Notes: generated by a model from the letters alone, not told the origin. 64,000 nt of DNA from an uncultured Planctomycetota bacterium (GCA_963737655.1 CAVTTN010000002.1:4032001-4096000), one strand, 5' to 3'. Shown: positions 31,418 to 41,458, numbered from the stretch's first letter. Translations and numbers: made by a program.

Positions 31418-32191
31418 TCACGGGCAACCGTATTCCTGCATGAACTTGCGGGTGATGCCGCCCAGATGGTCGCCCAGGATCTCGTAGACCCGCAGGGCGA
31501 TCGCCTCGGGGACGCCGCCGTAGAACGCCTGGGCGATCCCGCCCGCCATGCAGGCGATCGTGTCGCTGTCGCCGCCGATGGAGATCGCCAGCCGCACCGC
31601 ATCCTCGAAGCCGTCGGACTCCAGGAACGCCCGGATCGCCTGCGGCACGCACTTCTGGCAGGACACCTCGAACCCATACGTCGGGCGGATCTCGTCCAGG
31701 GACGTGTCGAGGTCGTAGCCGAAGGCCGTCTCGACGTGGTTCTTGATCTGCTCCTTGGTCTGCCCCGTGCGGGACAGGAAGATCGCCGAGGCGACGGCCC
31801 GTGCCCCCTTGATCCCCTCGGGGTGGTCGTGCGTCACCTCGGCGCTCCGCTTCGCCTACTCCAGCACTTCGGTGAGCGAGTTGAAGGCGAAGCCGACCGG
31901 GCTGACCCGCATGGCCGAGCCGTTGCCGTAGCTGTTGTCGGGCTGCGAGTCCTCGGACTGAGCCCAGCGATGGAACATGCCGCCGTACCCGGCCTTCGGG
32001 TAGGCACGGTAGTACCCCTTCAGGTCGTCCACGAAGGGGGTGCCGTGGAGCAGGCTGTCGGTCAGGGCGACGGTCAGCACAGTGTCGTCGGTGAACCGGG
32101 CGTGCTCTTGGAAGAGCGGGAAGTCGGTGGTCTTGACGTTCACCATCTCGTAGATCGAGCCGATGATGTCCCCGGCGATGGCACCGAGCAT
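31418..32191 (-). pseudogene. ADP-ribosylglycohydrolase (DraG/ARH family) with in-frame TAG at 31856-31858
   Basis: MLGAIAGDIIGS, FTDDT, SYGNGSAMR, then TAG, continuing in the same frame as AKRSAEVTHDHPEG..GGDSDTIA. Confidence 0.88.
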
Positions 32192-32415
32192 GGGATGCGT
32201 CCCACTTTCATTTGTGTTGGGGGTTCGAGCAGAGATGACCCGGCGGGGCGTCCGAGCCCGAGGACCTACCGGACCCGCCGGGGCGATCAGTCATTTGGCC
32301 GGACGGAGATGCGAATCGTCCGACACGGGACGACGGCCTGGACTCGGCACCGGCACGCTCCGGGGAGGCGAACCGACCTCGGATTCGGGCGAGCAGGGCG
32401 GTCGCCGTGCCGACG

Positions 32416-32538
32416 AGTGCTGGAGGGGCGGAAACCGTTGTTGGTGTTACGGTTCGACGGGGCGTTCCTGTTACGGTTCGCCGAGCGGACGTTCGACGGT
32501 TGGTTGTTGAACGTCCCGCCCCGGAGGAGGCGAGGGTT
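32416..32538 (-). ncRNA. DGR template repeat (TR)
   Basis: 123-bp copy of the target gene 3' end with 11 AAC codons (NPRLLRGGTFNNQPSNVRSANRNRNAPSNRNTNNGFRPSST). Differs from VR almost only at adenines. Confidence 0.95.
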
Positions 32539-32983
32539 TGGCCGTCGCCCTCTGGAACGGCATCCTACGAAATAGGTCGCACCGCAGTCGATAGGTGTCG
32601 GCATGGCGGGCGTGCGCCAGCCAACTCCTGATCCGGGGGCGGATCACGTCGAGGTCGATTCGCCCGGCGGCGAATTCCCGCTGCATCCAGCGTAGGCGTC
32701 GGAGGAAGCGGTGGACGTTCTCCTTGACCAGGAGCCGGTGCCTGGGGAAGACCCGGTAGCCCAGGAAGCGGATGCCCTGATCGCACGGGAAGACGACGCT
32801 CTTGTCCCGGTGGATCTGGAGCCGCAAGCCCTCCAGGAATCGCTCGACCTCGGCCCGGACCTCGTGCAGATGCCCCTTGTCGTCGGCGAAGACGAGGAAG
32901 TCATCGACGTAGCGGACGTAATTCAGCCCGAGCTTGTCGGTGAGGAACTGGTCGAGCGGGTCGAGGTAGACGTTGGCGAAGAA
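32471..32983 (-). pseudogene. DGR reverse transcriptase, C-terminal remnant
   Basis: FFANVYLDPLDQF..YVRYVDDFLVF (YVDD at 32900-32911)..GIRFLGYRVF..SWLAHARHADTYRLR. The N-terminal part is missing. Confidence 0.92.
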
Positions 32984-32986
32984 CTA

Positions 32987-33168
32987 CCTCGGCGGTTCTT
33001 CGAGTACCTGGCCCGGATCAGCGTCTCCAGCAGCCTGTAGAGGTTCCGCTCGATCCGGTCGCCGAGCACGAAGCGGTGGTTGCGGGGGAACTTGCTCGTG
33101 TGGTGGCAGGACCAGAGGATCAGGTCGTAAGCCTTGGTGATGATGATCAATTCGTCGTTGTTTTTCAT
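32987..33168 (-). pseudogene. avd: DGR accessory variability determinant (Avd), truncated
   Basis: ELIIITKAYDLILW..SKFPRNHRFVLGDRIERNLYRLLETLIRARYSK; abuts RT sequence after about 60 codons. Confidence 0.88.
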
Positions 33169-33291
33169 GGACTTTCGCAGGTGAATCCGATATAATCAAG
33201 TGTAGGAGATGTCAATTGGCTTGAGATCGTCGCCGGAGACCCGATCACCGTGCCCGAGATCCAGCACCCGTTGCCGTCACAACCGATCCCT

Positions 33292-33346
33292 GACTGCCAT
33301 TCTGGCAGTCGTCCGCCATTTTTCGATGCCGTCCGGCTTCGCCGGA
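33292..33346 (-). promoter_or_regulatory. DGR cis-acting hairpins downstream of VR
   Basis: Minus strand TCCGGC-GAA-GCCGGA (33332-33346) and GACTGCCA-GAA-TGGCAGTC (33292-33310), 40 and 76 nt past the target stop. Confidence 0.78.
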
Positions 33347-33385
33347 ATCAAATAAATACATGAAAGAGTAAATACGTAAAAGAGA

Positions 33386-36300
33386 TCAGGGATAAGTCCT
33401 GGAGGGGCGGAAACCGACGTTGGTGAGACGGAGCGACGGGGCGCCCCTGCCACGGCTCGCCGAGCGGACGTACGACGGACGGCCGGGGAACGACCCGCCC
33501 AGGAGGAGGCGAGGGTTTTCGTTTATATGTTCGCTTGTATTTATATTGTCTTCCGCTGATTTCCCGGCGTTCACCCGGTAAGACTCGAATCGGCCCTGGG
33601 TCCACTCTAAGGCGTTGCCCAGCATGTCGAAACCGCCCAGGTCGCTCGGTAGGAGGCCCCCGCCGGGCCAGGCATGCTCGCCGCTGTTCTTGTTATACCA
33701 GGAATATCGGCCGAGGAGGTCGAGCGATCGCCCGTAGTACCGGCTCGTCGTCGCCCCCGCCCGGCAAGCGTACTCCCATTCCGCCTCCGTCGGCAACCGA
33801 TAGCCCGTGCGTCGCAGCACGTCGGCGGGGATCGTCATCCCCGGGCCATAAACCCTTTCGCCGTTCGGCTCGTAACACCACTGGCCCTTCGGGATCCCTT
33901 CCCGCTCGCTCAGCCAGTTGCAGTAGGCGGCGGCACCGTACCAGGAGACGGCGACCATCGGGCCGCTCGGGTCGGGGCTGTATCTGTCCAGGAAGCTTTG
34001 TGCAATCCCGTAATCGGGGTTGGTTCGCACGAACTCCAGGTATTGCTCGACCGTCACCTCCGTGGCGGCGATGGCGAATCGCCTGGGGATGGCGACCTGA
34101 TGGGGGACTTCGTCACTATCTCGATCGGTCTCGGTCGATGGCGAGCCCATCGAGAACTCGACCGGCCCCTCGATCAGGGTGAAGGTCTGGCCCTGGCCGT
34201 TCACGTACCAGCGTCGGTCGCCCCGGCCCTCGTCCCCCAGCTTCCTCAACTCGGCGTCGGCGATCTTGATTTTCTCGCCCTGCCCCCACTGGCGTAAGGT
34301 CCATTGCGCCGAGCCGTGGATGCCGGCGTCGGGGTCGTCCCTGTACAGTGCGAGTAATCTGGCAGCCCGCGGCTCACGCTCCCCAAGCGAGAGCCCGTCG
34401 GACCCATACGTCCCGAGCGCCAGGATCAAGGCACGACGCATTGAGGTCTCGGGGTGGAAGAGGATGGCGTCCATCTTCGGCTGCCCCTGGTCGGGCGTCG
34501 GGCTGGTCCCAGGTCCGATGCGACCGACTTCCATGGCGATGACTTTCGGGTCGGCCCCCAACGGGTTGAGCCAGTTGACGATGAAGCTGCGGAGCCGGGG
34601 GTCGGCGCTATGTCGCAGCAGGGGCCAGACCGCCTCGGCCTTGCCCATGCGGACCAGGGCGACGGCCGCCCGTGCCTGACGTTCCGCCAGGCGATCCTTC
34701 GCCTCCTCCGCAACCACGGGGCGATGCCAGACGGAGGCCGCCACGAGGGGGCCGTCGGGCGTGGTCCGGGCGACCGAGACGGACACGGGCCGGTAGCCCC
34801 GGACGGTCAGGTCCCGGCACCGCTCGGCATGGGCGGCGGGATCGAGGCCGTGGACCGAAATCGCTTCACGCCCGGCCTCGGCGACCCAAACGGCGGCGTA
34901 GCGGCGATCGAGGTGGCCGCCCTTCGTGGCGTCGGCGAAGGCGGGAGACTCCCGGATCGGGTCGAGGTCGGCGTCTTCGAGGATGTGCCCGTAATCGGAG
35001 TAGCCGTGGCGGATCGCTCGATCGAGCAGGGTCGAGGCCCTCTCGGCGTAGGCCCGGCCCCGGCCCGCATCCCTGGTAGCGACGGCTCGTGACGCCAGGG
35101 CGAAGGCGCAGGCGGCGTCATAGAGCAGGGCCGAATCGTCGGGCTTGCTCCTTAGGGCGTCCTCCAGGGCGTCGAAGGCGGGGCCTCCGCCTTCACTGAG
35201 TTCCGCCGCCACGACCACGGCGAGGTAGAGTTTGGAGGAGGGCGTCCCGTCCCCCTTCTGGTATCTCGCAAGGTCGGCCGCAGCCTCGTCCTTGTGGTGA
35301 AGCCGAGCGTGGGCGATCGAGCGGTACTGGAGGGCGGCGGCGAACGTCGGAGCCTTCTCGACCACGGCATCGAGGTCGTCGAGCGAGGCTTGCGTCTCGC
35401 CCAGGTCGAAGCGGGCCGTGGCCCTGGCGAAGCGGGCGTTCAGGTCGCCCGGTTTCGCTTTCAGGCTCTCCTCGGCGGCCTTCAGGCGGAGTTCGGCACG
35501 TTGCCGGCTCGATGGCATCCGGCCCGCACCGGTGACGGCCAGGTCGATGAGGGACTTTTGACCTTGATCGGCAACGCCCTGACCCAGCGCTGCTTCCGTC
35601 GAGTCCCACGAGATGTTCCATGGCAAGTCCTTCGTCGAGGACCGTCCCCAGACCCCGCTATGGGTGGGCTTCTCCCCCGCCGCCTTCATGACGTGCTGGG
35701 TCCGGGGGAACAATCCCTGGCCTTTCAGCAAATCCTGGGCTGCTGCAAGGTGATCGGGAGAGACTCCGGCGTAGAGCCGGGCGTCATCGTCGCCGGCTTT
35801 CTCCGACCAGAGGGCGGCATAGCGATCGGTGGGTTCCCCGCCCCCCACGGTCGCCGTGTATCCGGCGACATCGACCGGGACGTAATTCGCCGAACGGTTC
35901 TGCTCATCTTGCGCCCGGACCGTTTCCGCCGCCAGCGCCGAGGCCAACCGCCAGCCTCGCCCGTCTCGTGTCCAGAGTGCCGCCACCCGAACCCCCGTCC
36001 CATCGTCGTAGGGGCGGAACCGCACGGGGCGATACCCCGACCTTCGAAGAGCCTCGGCGGTCGTGAGGAACTCGTCCAGGGGCATCGTCTGGCAGGAAGC
36101 GAACCGCTCGGCGAAGAGACCGCCGTTCGCCTCGACCCGGCCGACGAGGGTCGGGTCGGGTTCGGTCCATCTCCGATCGATCGGCGGGTCGTTCCACGGG
36201 TGCGTGGCCTTCTTCCGGATCTCGGCCTGGAGCAAAGGCAAGGTCTTCGCCGCCTTCCGTTCGACGACCGGGAAGAGGGTCGAATACGCTTTGGGGTCGG

Positions 36301-39300
36301 CATCCATCAGCAGGTCGGCCAGCACTCCAGGATCCTCGGCGGCGTAGTCCGCCAGGACGTTCGTCGCCAGGTTGCGCTCGGTCTCGGAACGGCCCTTGTC
36401 CCGGAACACCGACGCCAGGGGGGCCAGGAGCCTGCGACGGATGGGCCGCAGGGACTCGATGAGCGGCGTGTAGTCGGCGGGGTTCTTGATGACGGCCGCC
36501 AGGGTTCGGTCGGTGAGGAACGGGGCCGGGGCGTCCCAGAGCCCGTCGGCCTGGGCGGCGTCGGAGTGCGCCAGGGCGCAGGCGGCCCGGAATCGCTTTT
36601 CCGGATCCGCCTTGTCCTCTTCGAGCACCCGTCGCAGCCGCCCTTCCGCTCCCGGATCGTGCGTCCGCAGGACACCCCAGATGACCGGCACCTCGACGGG
36701 AGAGGCCGCAAGGAGCCGGGCTTCGAGATGCTCGGCCTGCTTCCGGTCGCCCGGCCGCAGGGCGACGCTGGCAAGGCTCGCCCGGAGATGGGGGCCGCCG
36801 TTCTCCTCGGTGCTCGCCAGCAGGCGGTCGAGCGGGCGGGCGGCCCAGCGGCGGTAGGCCCCGAGTTGCTCGATGATCGCCGGGGCCTCGGTCGTGGCGG
36901 CGGTCTCCAGCTTCTCGACGATCGCCGAGGCCCGCATGTTGCCGAAGCCCTCGACCCCGCCCCAGGTCAGCAGGGCGAGGAGTGCGGCGAGGCCCGAGGC
37001 ACGCAGGGCGTGGATTCGCCCGGCCCTCTTCATCATGGAACGCTGAGGCCCGCTCCAGGTCTTCCGTTGGCTCATCGTACGGATCGTGGCCCACTCGACG
37101 AGGGATGGCAGTTGGCGATTCTCCGGCCTGGCGTTCCAGGTCGCCGACCGCTCGGCCAGCCGCAGTTCGGCACGCCCACGGCGGGTCTCCCGCTGCTTGC
37201 GGGTGAGCCATTCCCGCAGCGACGGGACGAGGTAGTCGTGGGTGAACTGGTAGTACCGGCCCCCGATGGGTTTGCCCGCCTGGCTGTCCTCCGTGGAACC
37301 CTGGGGGTCGGTGGGCGTGATCAGGCGTAGCTCGGCGTCGAGGATGCGGATCAGGTCGTCGAAGTCTCTGGGACGGTCCCCGTACCCCGAGGCTTCCCGC
37401 AGTTCGGTCTCCGACCTCATCTCGCCCTTGATGTCGGTGCCGGTGGCGGGCAGGAGGGTCTTCAGCACCGCCTGGGCCGCTTTCTGGTGGAGGCGGTGCT
37501 CGGGGGGTGCCGTGGAGGCGCTGAAGGTCTCTTCCAGGAACGTTACGCCCACGCCCTGAGTACCACCCACTTCCCTCAGATTCGCCGGGGTCCAGGGCTT
37601 CGCCTTGACCATCTCGGCGAACAGGGCCAGACGCACAGGGATGATCTTGCCGCCCTGGGCCAGGCCCGTAACCGATTGATCCAGGAATGCCTGCTGCCCG
37701 GAAGTGAGGTCCGAGGCCCTCTCGGGTAAGATCCCGTACGCCTGGCCGAACGCCATCAGGACTTTTCGTGCGTGTCGGGGGTCGAACAGGTCCATGAGGG
37801 CGCTGTTCTCGCCGACGATCGAGCGGACTTCGAGGTCTCTCATCAGCCGGTTGGCGGCCCCCCAGAAATCCTCCCGCACCATCAGGAGAACCTGGGAGTG
37901 CTCGCCGTCGCACTGCCGCAGGGCTCCGACCAGTTCCGGGTTGATCTCGCCGTGATTTGCGAAGAGCCACTGCTCGAACTGGTCGATGACGATCAGGATC
38001 TTCTGCCCGGATCGAAGGCAACGGCCACGCCGCAGGTCCGCCAGGGAATCGGCGAGGTTTCGATCGGTGGGGAGGTCCGGGCACGCCTTCCGCAGCCCAC
38101 GCAGCAAGCGGACCTCCGTGTCCCCGGCGGTCGCCTCGACGTAAACCGTCTGAACATACTTCCCCAGCCGAGGGATGAGCCCAGCCTTGACCAGCGAGGA
38201 CTTGCCGCAGCCGGAGGGTCCGTAGATCAGGCCAACCTTGAAGGTCTTGTCAGGGTCGGTCTCCTCGATCCTGGTCTTCCAGAATCGCAGGCTCTCGGGC
38301 AGCCCGTCTCGGTCACGGGCGCCGGGCAGGAGTTCGAGGAAGAAGTCGGCGTCGTGCTCGTCGAACGAACGCAGGCCCTTCGGAACGACCTTGACAGGTC
38401 GGCTGTCCGAGTCGGTTCGACCCGACGTGGGCGGGACAGGCGTCGCTGCTTGCGTTGGGTCGAGCGGCAAGGACAAATGGGTCGGCGTCACCGGCTCGGA
38501 TGACACGCCCCGAGGGTCGGCGGTCTTGAGGAATACCCGCAAATCCTCGGCGAGGTCCATCGCCGTCGTGTACCGCTCGGTCGCCCGCTTCGAGAGGGCC
38601 TTGAGGCAGATCCGCTCCATCTCTTTGGGGATTGCCTCCACGACCTGGCGTGGTGGCCGTGCCTCGGTGATGGCGATCTGATCCAGCAGTTCGTTCCTCG
38701 TGTCGCCCCGGAAAGGGCGTTTCCCCGTCAACAACTCGTAGTAGACGACCCCCAGGCTGAAGATGTCCGAGCGACCATCGACCCGGTGCCCCTCGCCCCG
38801 AGCCTGCTCGGGGCTCATGTACGAGGGTGTCCCGGCGAAGCCCGACCCTTTGCCGAAATCCTCGTCCTTCAAGGCTAGGCCGAAGTCGGCGAGGATCGCC
38901 CTCCCCGAGGCGTCGATCAGGATGTTGGCGGGCTTCACGTCCCGATGGACCAGGCCCCGTGTGTGGGCATAGTGCAGGGCTTCCGCCACCGTCGCCACGA
39001 GGTCCGCCGCATCACGATGAGAGAGAGCCACTCCCTTGGGCCTCGCCGCCAGGTCGATCCCTTCGATGTACTTCGAGACGACGTAGCAGAGGCCGTCGCT
39101 CGTGCGACCGACATCGTGGACCGGGACGATCGAGGGGTGGTCGAGCCTGGCGACCGTCCGGGCCTCGGCGAGGTACGCCTCGATGTCCTCGGGGCTGGCG
39201 ATCCGCTCGGCGTTGGGCACCTTGATCGCCACGGGGCGGTCGAGTTCGTCGTCGTGCGCCAGGTAGACCCGCCCGAACCCGCCCTGGCCGAGACGACGGA

Positions 39301-39406
39301 CGATCCGGTAGCGGCCGATCGTCGCCGGGTCGGTCAACACGACCTGCGGAGTCGTGGCCGAGGCGTGGGCCGTGACGGTCTCGGCTTCATCGAGTGGTTC
39401 GCCCAT
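33386..39406 (-). CDS. DGR target: Ser/Thr kinase - STAND-type NTPase - TM - BTRD1-like repeats - TPR - FGE-sulfatase/CLec domain (2006 aa)
   Basis: Kinase motifs GQGGFGRV, HRDVKPAN, DFG, YMSPEQ; NTPase motifs GPSGCGKSS, IVIDQFEQ, THDYL; GYRPV..YAAxW repeats; TPR and YDAAC; FGE motifs FSMGSP, EVTVEQY, YRLPTEAEWEYACRAG, DMLGN..EW, GFRPSRT. Confidence 0.93.
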   Translation of the reverse strand: MGEPLDEAETVTAHASATTPQVVLTDPATIGRYRIVRRLGQGGFGRVYLAHDDELDRPVAIKVPNAERIASPEDIEAYLAEARTVARLDHPSIVPVHDVGRTSDGLCYVVSKYIEGIDLAARPKGVALSHRDAADLVATVAEALHYAHTRGLVHRDVKPANILIDASGRAILADFGLALKDEDFGKGSGFAGTPSYMSPEQARGEGHRVDGRSDIFSLGVVYYELLTGKRPFRGDTRNELLDQIAITEARPPRQVVEAIPKEMERICLKALSKRATERYTTAMDLAEDLRVFLKTADPRGVSSEPVTPTHLSLPLDPTQAATPVPPTSGRTDSDSRPVKVVPKGLRSFDEHDADFFLELLPGARDRDGLPESLRFWKTRIEETDPDKTFKVGLIYGPSGCGKSSLVKAGLIPRLGKYVQTVYVEATAGDTEVRLLRGLRKACPDLPTDRNLADSLADLRRGRCLRSGQKILIVIDQFEQWLFANHGEINPELVGALRQCDGEHSQVLLMVREDFWGAANRLMRDLEVRSIVGENSALMDLFDPRHARKVLMAFGQAYGILPERASDLTSGQQAFLDQSVTGLAQGGKIIPVRLALFAEMVKAKPWTPANLREVGGTQGVGVTFLEETFSASTAPPEHRLHQKAAQAVLKTLLPATGTDIKGEMRSETELREASGYGDRPRDFDDLIRILDAELRLITPTDPQGSTEDSQAGKPIGGRYYQFTHDYLVPSLREWLTRKQRETRRGRAELRLAERSATWNARPENRQLPSLVEWATIRTMSQRKTWSGPQRSMMKRAGRIHALRASGLAALLALLTWGGVEGFGNMRASAIVEKLETAATTEAPAIIEQLGAYRRWAARPLDRLLASTEENGGPHLRASLASVALRPGDRKQAEHLEARLLAASPVEVPVIWGVLRTHDPGAEGRLRRVLEEDKADPEKRFRAACALAHSDAAQADGLWDAPAPFLTDRTLAAVIKNPADYTPLIESLRPIRRRLLAPLASVFRDKGRSETERNLATNVLADYAAEDPGVLADLLMDADPKAYSTLFPVVERKAAKTLPLLQAEIRKKATHPWNDPPIDRRWTEPDPTLVGRVEANGGLFAERFASCQTMPLDEFLTTAEALRRSGYRPVRFRPYDDGTGVRVAALWTRDGRGWRLASALAAETVRAQDEQNRSANYVPVDVAGYTATVGGGEPTDRYAALWSEKAGDDDARLYAGVSPDHLAAAQDLLKGQGLFPRTQHVMKAAGEKPTHSGVWGRSSTKDLPWNISWDSTEAALGQGVADQGQKSLIDLAVTGAGRMPSSRQRAELRLKAAEESLKAKPGDLNARFARATARFDLGETQASLDDLDAVVEKAPTFAAALQYRSIAHARLHHKDEAAADLARYQKGDGTPSSKLYLAVVVAAELSEGGGPAFDALEDALRSKPDDSALLYDAACAFALASRAVATRDAGRGRAYAERASTLLDRAIRHGYSDYGHILEDADLDPIRESPAFADATKGGHLDRRYAAVWVAEAGREAISVHGLDPAAHAERCRDLTVRGYRPVSVSVARTTPDGPLVAASVWHRPVVAEEAKDRLAERQARAAVALVRMGKAEAVWPLLRHSADPRLRSFIVNWLNPLGADPKVIAMEVGRIGPGTSPTPDQGQPKMDAILFHPETSMRRALILALGTYGSDGLSLGEREPRAARLLALYRDDPDAGIHGSAQWTLRQWGQGEKIKIADAELRKLGDEGRGDRRWYVNGQGQTFTLIEGPVEFSMGSPSTETDRDSDEVPHQVAIPRRFAIAATEVTVEQYLEFVRTNPDYGIAQSFLDRYSPDPSGPMVAVSWYGAAAYCNWLSEREGIPKGQWCYEPNGERVYGPGMTIPADVLRRTGYRLPTEAEWEYACRAGATTSRYYGRSLDLLGRYSWYNKNSGEHAWPGGGLLPSDLGGFDMLGNALEWTQGRFESYRVNAGKSAEDNINTSEHINENPRLLLGGSFPGRPSYVRSASRGRGAPSLRLTNVGFRPSRTYP
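33395..33517 (-). repeat. DGR variable repeat (VR)
   Basis: Ungapped 123-bp alignment to TR with 21 mismatches, 19 of them opposite TR adenines. Confidence 0.95.
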
Positions 39407-39530
39407 CGAACGTCACTCCCGTCTTTAGACGAGCCTCCGGTGCTCGCATCCGATCGGATTGTCCCAGAAGGAATGGCAGCAGGCCAGCGGATTACGAGCA
39501 AACCCGGACCGGCAGCCACGCCGCAACGTC

Positions 39531-39985
39531 CTAGCTGCCGATTCCTGTCGCCTGATTCCCCCAGATGATCGCCGTGGTCTTGGCCAGGACATCGCCCCGG
39601 TCGCTCCGCTCGTTGAGGTGGAGGTCGAGGTGACCTTTCCTGCCTGACCGCAATTCGCTGATCTCCGCACGCACCCAGACCGCATCGGGGAGGCCAAGGT
39701 TGACGATGCCCTTGATCTGGTTGAGAAGGTCGGTGAGGGTGAAGCCCTCCTGGTCGAGAGTCGGTCCATCGGGGCGGGCGTACATTGCTTCGGAGCGACG
39801 AAAGAGTCCGAGGCTGATGATTTCGGTTGAAGTGCGGTCGGCAGCCAGCGTTTGAGGGGTTCGAGGTTCGTACCGGGCGGGGCATACCACCGCTTCTTGT
39901 CCCAATCGAACCACGCTCCGAGGGCCTTTGCGTCCTCCTTTTCGGAGAACGGGACGTTCAGGTCGGTCCGGGTTTCGGAGATCAT
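39531..39985 (-). pseudogene. xseA: DUF5710 + exonuclease VII large subunit (XseA OB-fold) remnant
   Basis: DLNVPFSEKEDAKALGAWFD..KRWYAP, then in another frame LTDLLNQIK..VWVRAEISEL..GHLDL; truncated. Confidence 0.7.
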
Positions 39986-40072
39986 TCATCTCGCTCAACG
40001 ACGGCTGGCTGCATCGCCTTGGACATCGACATCATCCCATCACAGGCCGCCGATAGAGTCCACTCCAATCCC

Positions 40073-40810
40073 TCAAGTGCCAGCAAACCCTGCCACGACG
40101 GGGTTGCGATCGCTCATCACGTCCCACTCGGGCGAAGAGACGACCTCGCAAGATCGCAGGTGTGGCAGCCAGGATCGGGGGACGAAGAGCCCGTCGCAGT
40201 GGTAGGGGATGGTCGGGGCGTTCGACCAGCGTAGGGTCTGGTCCAGGGGCCGGTCGGGGTTGGCCTCCCGCCAGCAATTCACCAGCCCGAATTCGTCCTG
40301 GAGCGTCACCTGGATCGCCCGATCGGCGGCGGACGTGGTGCGATCCTCCGAGCGATGCCGCTCGCCGATCCCGATGTTGAAGTCGCCTCCGATCACGAGG
40401 TCGCCCCGACCGGCGTGGGCGGCGATCATGTCGAGGATGGCTTTGACGGCACGGTGATAGCTGCCCCGGATCTGGGCGTGGACGCTGAAGACCCTCAGAG
40501 GCACGTCCTTGCGATCGGGCCGTTCCGCCCCGACGACCCTCGCACCGACGACGTGGCCGTGGAAGTCGGGGAGTCCGATCGGTCGGGCCTCGCCTCGTCC
40601 GACATAGACGGCACTGCCCCAACGCCGACCTTCGACCTGCCTCCAAACGGCCCTTCGCCGCAAGTCGCCGTGAAGGGATGGCGGGAGGTGTTCCTCGGGG
40701 GCGAGGGTCTCTTGCACGAGGAAGATGTCGGGACGGAACTCGCCCAAGACCTTCGACCAGTGAGTTCGCCCCGCCCCGCCCGATCGGATGTTGTAGGTGG
40801 CGAGCAGCAT
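40073..40810 (-). CDS. Endonuclease/exonuclease/phosphatase family protein
   Basis: Motifs TYNI, PDIFLVQE, GGDFN, YHCDGLF and SDRNPV (the usual SDH is altered). Confidence 0.85.
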   Translation of the reverse strand: MLLATYNIRSGGAGRTHWSKVLGEFRPDIFLVQETLAPEEHLPPSLHGDLRRRAVWRQVEGRRWGSAVYVGRGEARPIGLPDFHGHVVGARVVGAERPDRKDVPLRVFSVHAQIRGSYHRAVKAILDMIAAHAGRGDLVIGGDFNIGIGERHRSEDRTTSAADRAIQVTLQDEFGLVNCWREANPDRPLDQTLRWSNAPTIPYHCDGLFVPRSWLPHLRSCEVVSSPEWDVMSDRNPVVAGFAGT

Positions 40811-40893
40811 GGTGTCGATGCTCGAAGTCTCCGATCATCATACCGCTGTTCGCTCGTCTAGTTGTTCGATGCCTCCCACGAATTGAGGATCGG

Positions 40894-41313
40894 TCATTCC
40901 TCCATCGCCCTCGGGCCATGCATCACGTCCACGGCGACCGATTGCGGTGCCAATCCCAGGTAGGCCAGCCATCGTTCGCCAAGTCCCGGCTCCGAGTCGA
41001 TCAACTGTTCGGCCCGCCGCCCCTCGACTCCATGCTCTTCCAGCCTCGTCAGGGCCACAAGTCGCAAGGCTCGATCCACTCGTCTGGCCCCACCCTCGGC
41101 ATCTCCCATTCGGGCGAGGAGGGACCGGACCACGACCCGGAAGGCCCGATTGACCATCCCGGCCTCCGATCCAGGCCCACCGGGATGGGCGTCGATGCCG
41201 ACGCTGAACTCCTCCCGCAACGCCTTGGCGATGGCGATGATCGTCCGGCCCTCGTCGGCTTCCTCGAACCTGCCTTCCACCGGCCAGTCTTCACCGCCTC
41301 CCTTGCCGTCCAT
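40894..41313 (-). CDS. Hypothetical protein
   Basis: GGAGGA RBS before MDGKGG; preceded by a copy of the ACACCGCCCA + hairpin motif. Confidence 0.55.
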   Translation of the reverse strand: MDGKGGGEDWPVEGRFEEADEGRTIIAIAKALREEFSVGIDAHPGGPGSEAGMVNRAFRVVVRSLLARMGDAEGGARRVDRALRLVALTRLEEHGVEGRRAEQLIDSEPGLGERWLAYLGLAPQSVAVDVMHGPRAMEE

Positions 41314-41458
41314 ATCGAGTCCTCCCGGATCACCCATCATGGGCGACCCGAGCATCCCGATCGAGGCCCGCTTCAGGTCGCTAGACGACCTTGGGCGGTG
41401 TTTCTGCGTTGAACGGTGAAGGGAAGCGGGGTCCGTCAGCGAGGACCACTCTCGGCCA

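Noticed and set aside
32471..32983. RT as a group II intron or retron
   Set aside because: The adjacent avd, the TR/VR pair and the FFANVYL motif identify a DGR RT.
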